From NCBI GenBank assembly GCA_965225855.1, contig CBDDCK010000005.1, positions 352,001 through 416,000 of the forward strand: a stretch of DNA of 64,000 nt. Reading direction: 5' to 3'. Positions 9,918 through 19,467 of the stretch are shown piece after piece (the first letter of the stretch is position 1; the number at the start of each line of letters is the position of its first letter). The stretch is from Spirochaetia bacterium. GTDB lineage: Bacteria > Spirochaetota > Spirochaetia > SP-2023. The notes beneath the pieces were generated by a model. It was not told the DNA's origin. It made no database searches and saw nothing but the letters and a program-made list of their open reading frames with translations. The translations under genes were made by a program, and so were the position numbers.

Positions 9918-11753
9918 ATGGGGAAAATATCTCGCTTAATTATTGTCCTGTTGAGCCTTGCTTTAGCTTTATGGGGTTTGTATCCAAGTATTTGGTGGTA
10001 TCTTATTTCCACAGAAGAGCAGCAGCAGTTTGCGAATATGACAAGCACAACGTTAGCAGAAGAGTTGCGCTTGCAATCTGAAAAAGACATGTTTGAGTTT
10101 CAAAAACTCTCATCAAAAGATCAAGATGCTCTAGCTGAAAATATTTTACCGCCAGAATTGGGTTATATCTTAACTGTAGCCAAGCGGTATCAAAAAAAAT
10201 ATCGCGATGTTGAAAAGCCTGATACTTGGTCTTTAGCTGCCATCGGTTTGCTTTTTGGCGGCGATAAAGACGGTAAAGAGTTGATGCGCAGTAGTTTAGA
10301 AGATTATCTTTTGGAGCAAATATTGGTTTACCGCAGTCGCAAAAATCGTTCACTGCGCTTAGGTTTAGATTTGAATGGTGGCCAAAGTGTTACGGTTCGT
10401 CCAAATTCAGCTGAATTTGAGGCAGAAATTGCCCAGATGCAAGCAGAAAGTATTGGTCAAAGTCGGCAAAATATTGAGCAATATTTGAGGGAACGTATTA
10501 TTACTTCGCTACAAAATCGCGTTGACCAGTTTGGCTTGACAGAGCCGGATATTTTTCTGTATCAAGATGGGCGCATTGAAATTGTTATCCCCAGTCAAAA
10601 TAAAAATAAAAATAGCACCGATACAGGCGTTATTGATAGTTTATTGCAAGTAAAGGGTAGTTTGGAATTCCACTTGGTCAATGAGCCGGATACGGATAAA
10701 TTGAGTAGCCATTTAAATGCCAATCCTTCTGAATCCCGTGAGCTTTCGGAAACGGGAGAGCTGAAAAATTACAATTTGGCAGCAGGTCAAGTGATTCGTG
10801 GTTTTTATGAGAAAGATAAATTTGGCATGGATCGTTTGCGCGGTTATTTGGTTTTGGAATCCGATGTTTTGCTTGATGGAGAAAATATTACCAATGCTCA
10901 AATGACCAAAAATCGTGTGGGTCAATGGGAAATCAATTATAACTTGAATCAAGATGGTGCGGCCAAGCAGCAAAAAATCTTTACCAATAATAGTGGTCGC
11001 TTGATGGCCATAGTTTTGGATAAACGCGTATTTTCTTATGCTCGGATTAGCGAAAATGTGGGAAGTGGTTCCTACAGTGGTGGCCGCATTAAGGGGCGTT
11101 TTAGTGATCAAGAAGCAAAAAATTTGGTCAATGTTTTAAATTCAGGTAATTTGCCCGTGTCTTTAGATATTGACTCCCAACGAGTGGTTGGTGCCTCTTT
11201 GGGCGAACAAAGTATTCGTTCCGGTTTGATTGGGATTGCCGTTGGGCTTTTGGTTGTCATTTTATTTATGGCAATTTACTATCGTTCTGCAGGCCTTGTG
11301 GCAGACCTTGCTCTAATTTTGAATTTATTATTTCTGGTGGCAATTTTAGCTACGATGAATAGTACTCTTACATTGACGGGCATAGCGGGTATTATTTTGA
11401 CTATCGGTATGTCTGTTGATGCAAATGTGATTATTTATGAACGAATAAAAGAAGAGCTGCTTTCGGTGAAAAGTCGCCGTGCTGCAATTGAAGTTGGTTT
11501 TTCCAGAGCGTTCTGGACTATTATAGACTCGAATTTAACCACTGGTATTGCAGCAATTTGTTTGGCCTTATTTGGAAATGGTGGAGTTCAAGGGTTTGCC
11601 ATCACCTTAGCTTGGGGTATTGTTTGTTCTTTGTTTACTGCTTTATTTGTGGCTCGTTTGATTTTTGATTTTAATACCGATGTACTGAAAATAAGTAAGC
11701 TGGCAATTATGTGGCGTAAAGTTGATTCCCAGCGAGAGCTTAGAGGGTTCTAA
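9918..11753 (+). CDS. secD: Protein translocase subunit SecD
   Basis: LRLGLDLNGG, NRVDQFGLTEP and TIGMSVDANVIIYERIKEE motifs. Confidence 0.97.
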   Translation: MGKISRLIIVLLSLALALWGLYPSIWWYLISTEEQQQFANMTSTTLAEELRLQSEKDMFEFQKLSSKDQDALAENILPPELGYILTVAKRYQKKYRDVEKPDTWSLAAIGLLFGGDKDGKELMRSSLEDYLLEQILVYRSRKNRSLRLGLDLNGGQSVTVRPNSAEFEAEIAQMQAESIGQSRQNIEQYLRERIITSLQNRVDQFGLTEPDIFLYQDGRIEIVIPSQNKNKNSTDTGVIDSLLQVKGSLEFHLVNEPDTDKLSSHLNANPSESRELSETGELKNYNLAAGQVIRGFYEKDKFGMDRLRGYLVLESDVLLDGENITNAQMTKNRVGQWEINYNLNQDGAAKQQKIFTNNSGRLMAIVLDKRVFSYARISENVGSGSYSGGRIKGRFSDQEAKNLVNVLNSGNLPVSLDIDSQRVVGASLGEQSIRSGLIGIAVGLLVVILFMAIYYRSAGLVADLALILNLLFLVAILATMNSTLTLTGIAGIILTIGMSVDANVIIYERIKEELLSVKSRRAAIEVGFSRAFWTIIDSNLTTGIAAICLALFGNGGVQGFAITLAWGIVCSLFTALFVARLIFDFNTDVLKISKLAIMWRKVDSQRELRGF

Positions 11754-11756
11754 GGT

Positions 11757-12818
11757 ATGCTCATTCGTTTTACTAAGTATAACAAATTGTTTTTTGCTCT
11801 TTCTGCAAGCTTAATTTTATTGTTATCTGTATTAACTTTTGTCCGTGGTGGTTTTAATTTTAGTATCGATTTTCGTTCTGGCATGATTTTTACGGTTCTC
11901 TCTGATTTTGAAGAGCGTGAATTAGAAGAAAAAATTTCACCATTATTTGGTAAGTCATTTCATTTGCAGAGTTTAGTTGATAAGGCTTTGTATGGGGACA
12001 AGCGTTATTCATTAAAGCTTGTTGGTGAATCCGATAATATTACTTTTTTTGAAAAAGAAGCGCGCAACAAAATAGCGGGTTTAAGTGGTGTTACCATTGA
12101 AGGTTCTGATTTGGTGAGTCCCACGCAATCGGCTTATTTGCGCTGGCAAACTTGGGTTTTAACTTTTTTTGTTTTGGTTTTGATTTTGCTGTATATTTGG
12201 TATCGTTTCCAATTGCGCTATGCCGTTGCTGCTATTATTGCTTTGCTTCATGATTCGCTGATTTTGGTTGGGGTTATCGGGGTATTCGAGTTGGATTTTT
12301 CTAGCACGACAATTGCTGCGATTTTGACGGTAATCGGTTATTCGCTAAATGATACAATTGTTGTTTTCGACCGCATTCGGGAAAACCGTGAAACTATGCA
12401 CACAAGTAATTTAGAGGATATTATTGATTATTCGGTAACTGCAACCCTTAGCCGTACTTTGATAACCAGTTTAACTACGCTATTAGCGGTTGTGGCTATT
12501 TACTTTTTTGCTTATGGTTCTGTGCAATTATTTGCTTTAAAGCTTATTATTGGTGTGGTGGTCGGAACGTATTCTTCGATTTATATCGCTTCGTCTTTGG
12601 TTTTGTTTTTTGATTTGCGGCATCGCAGAGTGATTGAAAATAGTAATATTGGTAATAATAAAGCTAAAGTTGCTGTAAATAACGGCTATATGTCTTTAAA
12701 TGTGGTTAAAAAAATCGAATCTGGGCCCGCAGTGAGACAACAGAGTGCTGAAGAGATTCGTTTGGCTACAGAAGCCAAAAAACGCAAAAAAGAAGCAAAA
12801 CGCAAGAAAAAGAAATAG
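11757..12818 (+). CDS. secF: Protein translocase subunit SecF
   Basis: NFSIDFRSG and IGYSLNDTIVVFDRIREN motifs. Confidence 0.97.
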   Translation: MLIRFTKYNKLFFALSASLILLLSVLTFVRGGFNFSIDFRSGMIFTVLSDFEERELEEKISPLFGKSFHLQSLVDKALYGDKRYSLKLVGESDNITFFEKEARNKIAGLSGVTIEGSDLVSPTQSAYLRWQTWVLTFFVLVLILLYIWYRFQLRYAVAAIIALLHDSLILVGVIGVFELDFSSTTIAAILTVIGYSLNDTIVVFDRIRENRETMHTSNLEDIIDYSVTATLSRTLITSLTTLLAVVAIYFFAYGSVQLFALKLIIGVVVGTYSSIYIASSLVLFFDLRHRRVIENSNIGNNKAKVAVNNGYMSLNVVKKIESGPAVRQQSAEEIRLATEAKKRKKEAKRKKKK

Positions 12819-12833
12819 GGCGGAGTTGAATTG

Positions 12834-13706
12834 ATGGAAATTGTCCGGGCTGAAGTTCTTGGTTTTTGTGGTGGCGTGAAGCGTGCAATTATTCTTGCAG
12901 AGCAAGAGCTTCGTAAGAATGCGAGCAAATCTAAATTTCGGCTTGAAACGGTTGGGGATTTGATTCACAATAAACGTGAAATTGAGCGTTTGGAAGATTT
13001 GGGCCTGCATTCGGTAGATGATGTGTCTGAAGTTCGTGATGGTTCTATGGTTTTGATTCGGGCTCATGGTGCATTGAAAAGTGATTATGATGCTTTGAAA
13101 AATCGCAAAGTCGGTATTTTGGAAGGGATATGTCCTCTGGTGCGTGATATTCGCAATAAGATTGTTAGCTACTCGCAGCAAGGTTATTTTGTTTTACTAA
13201 CAGGAAACGCCGATCATTCAGAAGTGCGTGGTTTGATTAGTTTTGCCAAGGAAGGCAAAGTGATTGAATCTTTGGAGGAAGCGCATTCCTATACGATCCC
13301 TGCTGAGAAAGAAAAGGTTGTGGTTTTATCCCAAAGTACTTGGAAGCAAGAGACGTTTTTGCAAGTAGCTGAAATTTTAGCAGCAAAGCGTAGCGATATT
13401 TTGATTGAAGATACTGTATGTCAAGCTACATTGGATAGACAAGATGCGCTGCGTAAATTGATTGATGAAGTTGATGCGGTGATTGTTATTGGGGGAAAGC
13501 ACAGTGCAAATACTCAAGAGTTGTATTTGATTGCTGAAGAATCTGGTTTGCCTGTATGGCATTGTGCTGATGAAAATGATTTACCAGAAGAAAACTGGAG
13601 CCAATATCCAAAGATTGGCATATCCGCTGGAGCTTCATCGCCAGAATGGTTAATTAAAAAAATTGAACAAAAGATATTGCTACAGGCAAATTCTGTAGCA
13701 TCTTAG
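12834..13706 (+). CDS. ispH: 4-hydroxy-3-methylbut-2-enyl diphosphate reductase
   Basis: GFCGGVKRAI, IRAHG, ICPLV, TVCQAT, GGKHSANT and AGASSP motifs with the three Fe-S cysteines. Confidence 0.95.
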   Translation: MEIVRAEVLGFCGGVKRAIILAEQELRKNASKSKFRLETVGDLIHNKREIERLEDLGLHSVDDVSEVRDGSMVLIRAHGALKSDYDALKNRKVGILEGICPLVRDIRNKIVSYSQQGYFVLLTGNADHSEVRGLISFAKEGKVIESLEEAHSYTIPAEKEKVVVLSQSTWKQETFLQVAEILAAKRSDILIEDTVCQATLDRQDALRKLIDEVDAVIVIGGKHSANTQELYLIAEESGLPVWHCADENDLPEENWSQYPKIGISAGASSPEWLIKKIEQKILLQANSVAS

Positions 13707-13716
13707 GGAGTTTATT

Positions 13717-14457
13717 ATGTATATTATTGCTGGAAATTGGAAACTGAATAAGACGCATGCTGAAGCAAAAGTTTTGGCAGAGGCGTTGGTTGAAGGAACC
13801 GCAAATGCGGAATGTGAAGTGGTTATCGCTCCTTCCTTTGTTGCGTTGGCTGGGGTTGCGCAAGTCATCCGTGGAAGCCATATTAAATTGGCAGCACAAA
13901 ATGTTTCTCAACATTTAGAAGGAGCTTATACTGGAGAAACTTCAGTATTAATGCTTAAAGAATTGGGTGTAGAATACGTTATTCTGGGGCATTCTGAGCG
14001 TCGCCAGTACTATGGTGAGACCAATCAAATTATCAATGCAAAAGTGAAAACTGTGTTAGCTCAAAGTTTAAAGCCGATTTTGTGTATAGGTGAATTATTG
14101 GAAGAGCGTGAAACTGGCAAGGCTATTTCTGTTTGCCATAAACAATTAGAAGAATCATTAAAGGATGTTTCTATGCAAGACATGGCTCATGTTGTGATTG
14201 CCTATGAGCCAGTTTGGGCAATTGGTACAGGGAAAACGGCTAGTCCCGAAAATGCCAATGAAATTCATATGGCTTGTCGTAAAAAATTAGCAGAGCTATA
14301 TTCTATCGAATTTGCTGCTAAGATTGTTATCCAATATGGCGGTTCGGTCAAACCGGATAATGTTAAAGCTTTAATGGCACAAAGTGATATTGACGGTGCA
14401 TTAGTAGGTAGCGCATCTTTGCAAGCAAATTCTTTTGCTGCTTTGACTAAATTTTAG
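13717..14457 (+). CDS. tpiA: Triosephosphate isomerase
   Basis: AGNWK, GHSERR, AYEPVWAIGTG and YGGSVKP motifs. Confidence 0.98.
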   Translation: MYIIAGNWKLNKTHAEAKVLAEALVEGTANAECEVVIAPSFVALAGVAQVIRGSHIKLAAQNVSQHLEGAYTGETSVLMLKELGVEYVILGHSERRQYYGETNQIINAKVKTVLAQSLKPILCIGELLEERETGKAISVCHKQLEESLKDVSMQDMAHVVIAYEPVWAIGTGKTASPENANEIHMACRKKLAELYSIEFAAKIVIQYGGSVKPDNVKALMAQSDIDGALVGSASLQANSFAALTKF

Positions 14458-14479
14458 CTTCCATTTACATGGAAGTTTT
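14458..14479 (+). terminator. Short hairpin plus T run after tpiA
   Basis: CTTCCAT-TTAC-ATGGAAG-TTTT. Confidence 0.45.
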
Positions 14480-14531
14480 GTAGGCTTGGCTTGCAGAATT
14501 TGATTTTTAATAATTGCCAGGAAATGTAGAT

Positions 14532-14975
14532 ATGGGAACTTTATTGACAATTTTGATTACTTTGCTGGTTATTGCGGCTATAATAAGCATTTTGCTTATT
14601 TTGTTGCAAGATGAACAGGGTAGCGGAATGGGTTTATTTGGTAGTAATGGTCAAAGCTCGTTTAGCACGGGTGATAGTTTTTTGGATAAACTAACAAGAA
14701 TTTTTGGGATTTCATTTCTGGTATTATGCCTAGCTGTAGCCTTTGTTATTAGTCGTTTTGGTGTGAATTATGAAGCATTGCAAGATGCTCAAAATGAATT
14801 TAACCAACAAAATCAGAGCAAAGAAGAATCTTGGTTTCTCAAAGAGCCGGAAACGGAGATTCGTAAAACAGATTTTGAAACTAGTACTACCAAAGTTGAA
14901 AATGAAGAACATACTGCAGAGTTATCTGCTTTTGATTCTCAAGAATCTGAACAGAAGGAATTGGAAAAAAACTGA
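14532..14975 (+). CDS. secG: Preprotein translocase subunit SecG with an acidic C-terminal tail
   Basis: Two TM helices around LLQDEQGSGMGLFG; follows tpiA; ATG 14532 is preferred over TTG 14514. Confidence 0.88.
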   Translation: MGTLLTILITLLVIAAIISILLILLQDEQGSGMGLFGSNGQSSFSTGDSFLDKLTRIFGISFLVLCLAVAFVISRFGVNYEALQDAQNEFNQQNQSKEESWFLKEPETEIRKTDFETSTTKVENEEHTAELSAFDSQESEQKELEKN

Positions 14976-15179
14976 TTTAGCTGTAGCCTCAGAAACAATA
15001 TAGAAACTGCAAAGCCTGTGCAATAAGTTATTGATGTTCCAGCTCCAGAAGAACCTGTGGAAGTAGAGGCAACTGCTGTTGATGATACTGCGAATGTCAA
15101 AAAAATAATGTATTATATTTGAAATTTATAAAAATAGGTTTCGCTTTTTTATAGAGATTTTTATCTGTTTGGGGTTTAT

Positions 15180-15587
15180 ATGCGCGTAGTTGTAGTGTAC
15201 TTTGGTAGCAGTAACAAATTTATTGGCATAGCGAAAGCGTATGTTGAAGGTGTTTCCCGTCAGGGGCATGATGTTACATTGATTAATGGTTTGAAAGATA
15301 GTGCAAATTTGTTTGTTTATGATTATCTAATCTTAGGCACAGAGCCATTACAACGACTTTCAGGGAGAATAAATATAGCAGCGCAACACAGCTTAAAAAA
15401 TTTGGGCAACCTTCAAGCAAAACCAGCATATGCATTTTTGTTAAAAAAAGGCTTCTTCGCTAATAAAAGTTTGCAATTATGGATGAAATGGCTAGAATCT
15501 TGTGGTTTAGTGCTAATGCTCTCTGATATTGTTGTCAAAGAAAATGAGGCTAGATTGATCGGGGAGCGAATTAATATTTGTAAATAA
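15180..15587 (+). CDS. Flavodoxin-fold-like hypothetical protein
   Basis: 135 aa with an alternating beta/alpha pattern (MRVVVVYFGS...GHDVTLIN...YDYLILGTE). Confidence 0.5.
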   Translation: MRVVVVYFGSSNKFIGIAKAYVEGVSRQGHDVTLINGLKDSANLFVYDYLILGTEPLQRLSGRINIAAQHSLKNLGNLQAKPAYAFLLKKGFFANKSLQLWMKWLESCGLVLMLSDIVVKENEARLIGERINICK

Positions 15588-15624
15588 AACCTTGTTCTAA
15601 TTTTTTGTTTTTATAGGATTTAAT

Positions 15625-16713
15625 ATGATTTTAATTAAATTGAATAGCATCGTTAATCATTTTAGATTTTGCAACTTATTTTTTATATGCTCCTTTTTAT
15701 TATTTTTGGGGCAGCTACAGAGCTTATTTGGCCAAAAGGATACTGATATTTTGGCTACGGTTCGGCTAACCAAGACACAAGTAATTTTGGGTAAAGAATT
15801 TAATAATGTAGTTCAGCGATTGCAAGAATTGCGCAGAGCACAGCCTTTGAGCAATGATGATAAAAAAGAAATCCTTGAGTCTTTAATTAATAATCATTTG
15901 GTTTTACAAGCTGCAGAGCGAGATAATATATCGGTGAGCGATAGTGAAGTGGATAATTTTGCCTTGCAAATGGTTTCGCAGCAGGCAGGTAAGCAGCTCA
16001 ATAAAGCAGAGATGCGCAAACTACTGGAAGAAGAAGGGGTTGTCTACCAAGATTTTCTCAATAATGCCCGTAATAGCATTATCATTCGTCGTTTCGTACA
16101 AAAGAAATATGGCTCTAAATTAAAATCTATTGCTAGACCTTCGGATAAAGATATAGAGGAGGCTTATAATGAGAATCTACAACAATTTGTTCATAAAGAC
16201 ATGATTCGTTTTAGACAAATTTTGGTACAATTCAAACAAAACGATCAGATTACTAAAGCAGAAAGCAGGAATAAAGCAAGAGATTTGTTGCAACGTGTTC
16301 AGACCAAAGGGGATACAATTTCAGAATTGGCACCGCTATATTCCGATGATCCACAATCGAAAGCTCGTGGTGGAGATGTGAGTTATATTCCTAAAGGTTT
16401 GGAACAATTAGAAAATGTTTTTGGTAAGGCTTTTTTTGATAATTTATTTGCTTTAAAGGAAGGCCAAATTACTATGTTAGAATCGAATGTCGGTTATCAT
16501 ATAGTAGAAATTATTGATATTAGGGAGGCAGGGCTTTATAAACTCGATTCGGAAATTCTCGGTAAGAAAGGTATTACGGTAAAAAGCTATGTGCGCAATA
16601 TGTTAGTACAGCAGAGGCAAGCCAAGCGGTTAGAAGAATTGGTTAGCCAATACATGAAAGAATTGCGCAATCAAGCTTCCATAAAAATATTATATAAAGC
16701 TTTACGGAAATAA
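15625..16713 (+). CDS. SurA-like peptidylprolyl isomerase (parvulin type)
   Basis: Signal peptide, SurA N-domain (LESLINNHLVLQAAERDNI) and rotamase motif (YSDDPQSKARGGDV...GYHIV); upstream of nusB. Confidence 0.85.
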   Translation: MILIKLNSIVNHFRFCNLFFICSFLLFLGQLQSLFGQKDTDILATVRLTKTQVILGKEFNNVVQRLQELRRAQPLSNDDKKEILESLINNHLVLQAAERDNISVSDSEVDNFALQMVSQQAGKQLNKAEMRKLLEEEGVVYQDFLNNARNSIIIRRFVQKKYGSKLKSIARPSDKDIEEAYNENLQQFVHKDMIRFRQILVQFKQNDQITKAESRNKARDLLQRVQTKGDTISELAPLYSDDPQSKARGGDVSYIPKGLEQLENVFGKAFFDNLFALKEGQITMLESNVGYHIVEIIDIREAGLYKLDSEILGKKGITVKSYVRNMLVQQRQAKRLEELVSQYMKELRNQASIKILYKALRK

Positions 16714-16753
16714 TGAAAACATCAGCGGGGAATAAAAGGCCGTCTGAAAAAAT

Positions 16754-17224
16754 ATGAATAATCGAAAGTTGCAACGACGTGCAAGAATATTGGCCTTACA
16801 AGCTTTGTATGCAGAAGAACAGCAAATTCTCTCTCAAAGAAATAATTCGCAACATGAACAACGATCGTTGAATGATGTTTTAAAATTTTCTTGGTTGGAT
16901 CGAGAGGCTAGCCAAGAAGAATTATTTATGGCTAGGGCTCTTGTGCAAGGTATTCGCCAAAATTTAGAAAAAATCGATCATCTGATTGCCGAATATCTAG
17001 AAAATTGGACAATTGACCGATTGTTGATTATCGATCGATTAATTTTACTACTAGGTATTTACATGTTAGAATACTTGCTCGATACGCCGAGTAGAGTTAT
17101 TATTGATGAATGTATTGAACTGTGCCATTGTTTCTCCAGCAAAGATTCTTATCGCCTAATAAATGGTATTTTGCATAAGGTAGCAAAGGAACTTCGGCAA
17201 ATCAATTCTTGCGATGAAAATTAG
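16754..17224 (+). CDS. nusB: Transcription antitermination factor NusB
   Basis: RRARILALQALY, NWTIDRL, IIDECIEL and INGILHK motifs. Confidence 0.93.
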   Translation: MNNRKLQRRARILALQALYAEEQQILSQRNNSQHEQRSLNDVLKFSWLDREASQEELFMARALVQGIRQNLEKIDHLIAEYLENWTIDRLLIIDRLILLLGIYMLEYLLDTPSRVIIDECIELCHCFSSKDSYRLINGILHKVAKELRQINSCDEN

Positions 17225-17300
17225 GGATAACGATTATTTTTCTTAGGCTACGATGAAAAAGATCAAAAAATCGTAAGATGATGATCGAATATAATAAAAA

Positions 17301-19418
17301 GTGCCCATCGTGCCAGATATTTTTGGGCACTTTAAAAAATATGTTGCTATGAACATTGACAAGGGGGTATGTGATTTGGCAAGCAAAAGGCAAAAAAATA
17401 CAGCCTCGCGGATGAGAAAAGAAATCGTTAAGGATAAAAGAGAGGGCTTGCAAGAACGTATATATAAAAGTAAAACAGTTATGGCATCTACAGCTTTTGT
17501 TGTCTTTTTATTGCTTGTCAGCTTTTTACTGGTATTTTTGGTTTTTCGTGATAACCGGAGTTTTGAAGTTATGCTGCAAGAACTTGACCAACTCCAAAAA
17601 ATAAATACCCCTACATTGAGGCAATATCAAAATATTGTCAATAAAGCCAAAAATGAGCGCGATTATTTGCGTATCCTCAAGCGTGTCTATCAAATCAAAG
17701 ATCAAGAACTGCAAAACCAATATTTGATTGATGTTACACAGAGGGCTCTCAAAAAAATACCAGATAGTGAAAATATTTTAGCACATCAGGTCTCTGCTTT
17801 ACTTGAAAATGATATGTTTAACAAAGCTTTTTTGGCTGCTGCAAATCTGCAAAGCAGCCGTTATTTGTCGATAAAAGGTGAAATTCTCGTACGTAGTTTG
17901 GTGCGGGCACGTCAAGAAAATGGTGCTCCAATTCCTGAATCGGAATCAGAATTGGAAATAGAGAAAATGAGTATTTCGGAAGTATTAGATTCTTCGCCTT
18001 ATAGTGCTGCTATGTATATCAATTTAGCGCGGTTATTAAATCAACCGCGTTTTGCTTGGAATGCAGCTTTAATTTATATGTTCAGTGGAGAAAAAAATAA
18101 GGCTTTAAATCTGATTAGAGAATTAAAATCTTTCTTTTGGTTGAATACATTTGCAGCCGGTTTAATAGCCTATGATAACCAAGATTGGGAATTGGTTGCA
18201 TCTTTGTTGGAGCGAGAAGTTGAACAGGCGGGCAATAATCTAAATGTAAAAACGCTGCAATACCTCGGAGATGCCTATGCTTTTTTGGGAAACTATGAAA
18301 AAGTCATAGAAGTATTGAGTTTAGCTAGTGGTTTGAATTCTGATCCGCAAGAAAATTTGTTGTTGCCTAAAGAGCAAGACACAGAATTGCAGCGCATGAT
18401 GAAGAGTCTTGGAACTTGGGAATTGTATTATAACTTAGCTTCGGCCTACCGAATTACAGGAAAAAATGCTCGAGCCTTTGAAGTGTTGCGTTTAGGTCGT
18501 AGTGTTTTTCCGTCTACGAGTGAACTTTTATTGTTGTTAAATATGGTTGCTCCGCCTGATGAAAAACAATATGCCAAAAGTGTGTTGACTGAATTTATTG
18601 CTAAAAACCAAAATGGGCAGCCCTATTTATTGCTTGCTTCATTGATTTTTGAGGAAGATAGGAGCAATCAGCAAAAATTTGGAAGTCGGCTTTGGCAATT
18701 ATTTAGTAAATATCCTGATTATGAACAAATTTTACGCTATCTGTTGTGGTATTACATTGGTTTAAGTCGGATAGAAGATGTTGATTTGGGATTAGAACGC
18801 TACAAGAATTTGGTGTTAGCCCCCCAAAATCAAGACTATACTAATTGGATGAAAGAATATATGGCCATCAATGCTGCATTGGAGAGAGATTTCGATCAGT
18901 CTCAAAAACTGTTTGGTGATTTGATTGCTCAAGAGCCTAGCTGGTTCCGCTATTATAACATGGCCAATGTATATGTTTACCGGAACAATATACCGGAAGC
19001 TGTGCGCCATTTGCAGAAAGCTTTGGAATTTAGCAATAGAGCAAATAAAATTGAGATATACTACCGCATTGCCATGCTTGGAGAAATTGAGAACAAAGAA
19101 TATTTATTGCCAGAACAAATACAGCAGCTTGATAGAATTTTACAAGTTTACGTGGATAATAACTATCGTCTTGATGTAAAAGCCCACAAGCCCCAAAATG
19201 AAATTTTGTCCATGAAGCTGGATAGCCTACTTTTATGGCGAAAATCCCAAGGTAGTGATTTGTTAGATAGCCTATCAGAGAAAAGAAAATCAGACAAGCA
19301 ACAACGAATTAGAGCAGAAGAAGAAACGAAAGCTAGTGAAAACGATTTTTCTCTGTTTAATGCTAGATTTCTGGAAGCTATTCCGCAGCCGATAAATCAA
19401 GGCTTGATCATTCAATAG
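17301..19418 (+). CDS. Membrane-anchored tetratricopeptide-repeat protein
   Basis: One N-terminal TM helix and TPR-like helices (LQYLGDAYAFLGNYEK, YYNLASAY, YYNMANVY); start codon uncertain. Confidence 0.7.
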   Translation: MPIVPDIFGHFKKYVAMNIDKGVCDLASKRQKNTASRMRKEIVKDKREGLQERIYKSKTVMASTAFVVFLLLVSFLLVFLVFRDNRSFEVMLQELDQLQKINTPTLRQYQNIVNKAKNERDYLRILKRVYQIKDQELQNQYLIDVTQRALKKIPDSENILAHQVSALLENDMFNKAFLAAANLQSSRYLSIKGEILVRSLVRARQENGAPIPESESELEIEKMSISEVLDSSPYSAAMYINLARLLNQPRFAWNAALIYMFSGEKNKALNLIRELKSFFWLNTFAAGLIAYDNQDWELVASLLEREVEQAGNNLNVKTLQYLGDAYAFLGNYEKVIEVLSLASGLNSDPQENLLLPKEQDTELQRMMKSLGTWELYYNLASAYRITGKNARAFEVLRLGRSVFPSTSELLLLLNMVAPPDEKQYAKSVLTEFIAKNQNGQPYLLLASLIFEEDRSNQQKFGSRLWQLFSKYPDYEQILRYLLWYYIGLSRIEDVDLGLERYKNLVLAPQNQDYTNWMKEYMAINAALERDFDQSQKLFGDLIAQEPSWFRYYNMANVYVYRNNIPEAVRHLQKALEFSNRANKIEIYYRIAMLGEIENKEYLLPEQIQQLDRILQVYVDNNYRLDVKAHKPQNEILSMKLDSLLLWRKSQGSDLLDSLSEKRKSDKQQRIRAEEETKASENDFSLFNARFLEAIPQPINQGLIIQ

Positions 19419-19467
19419 AAAAAACCAAAAGGTTTTTTACGAATTAAGATAAATACAGCGAAATACA

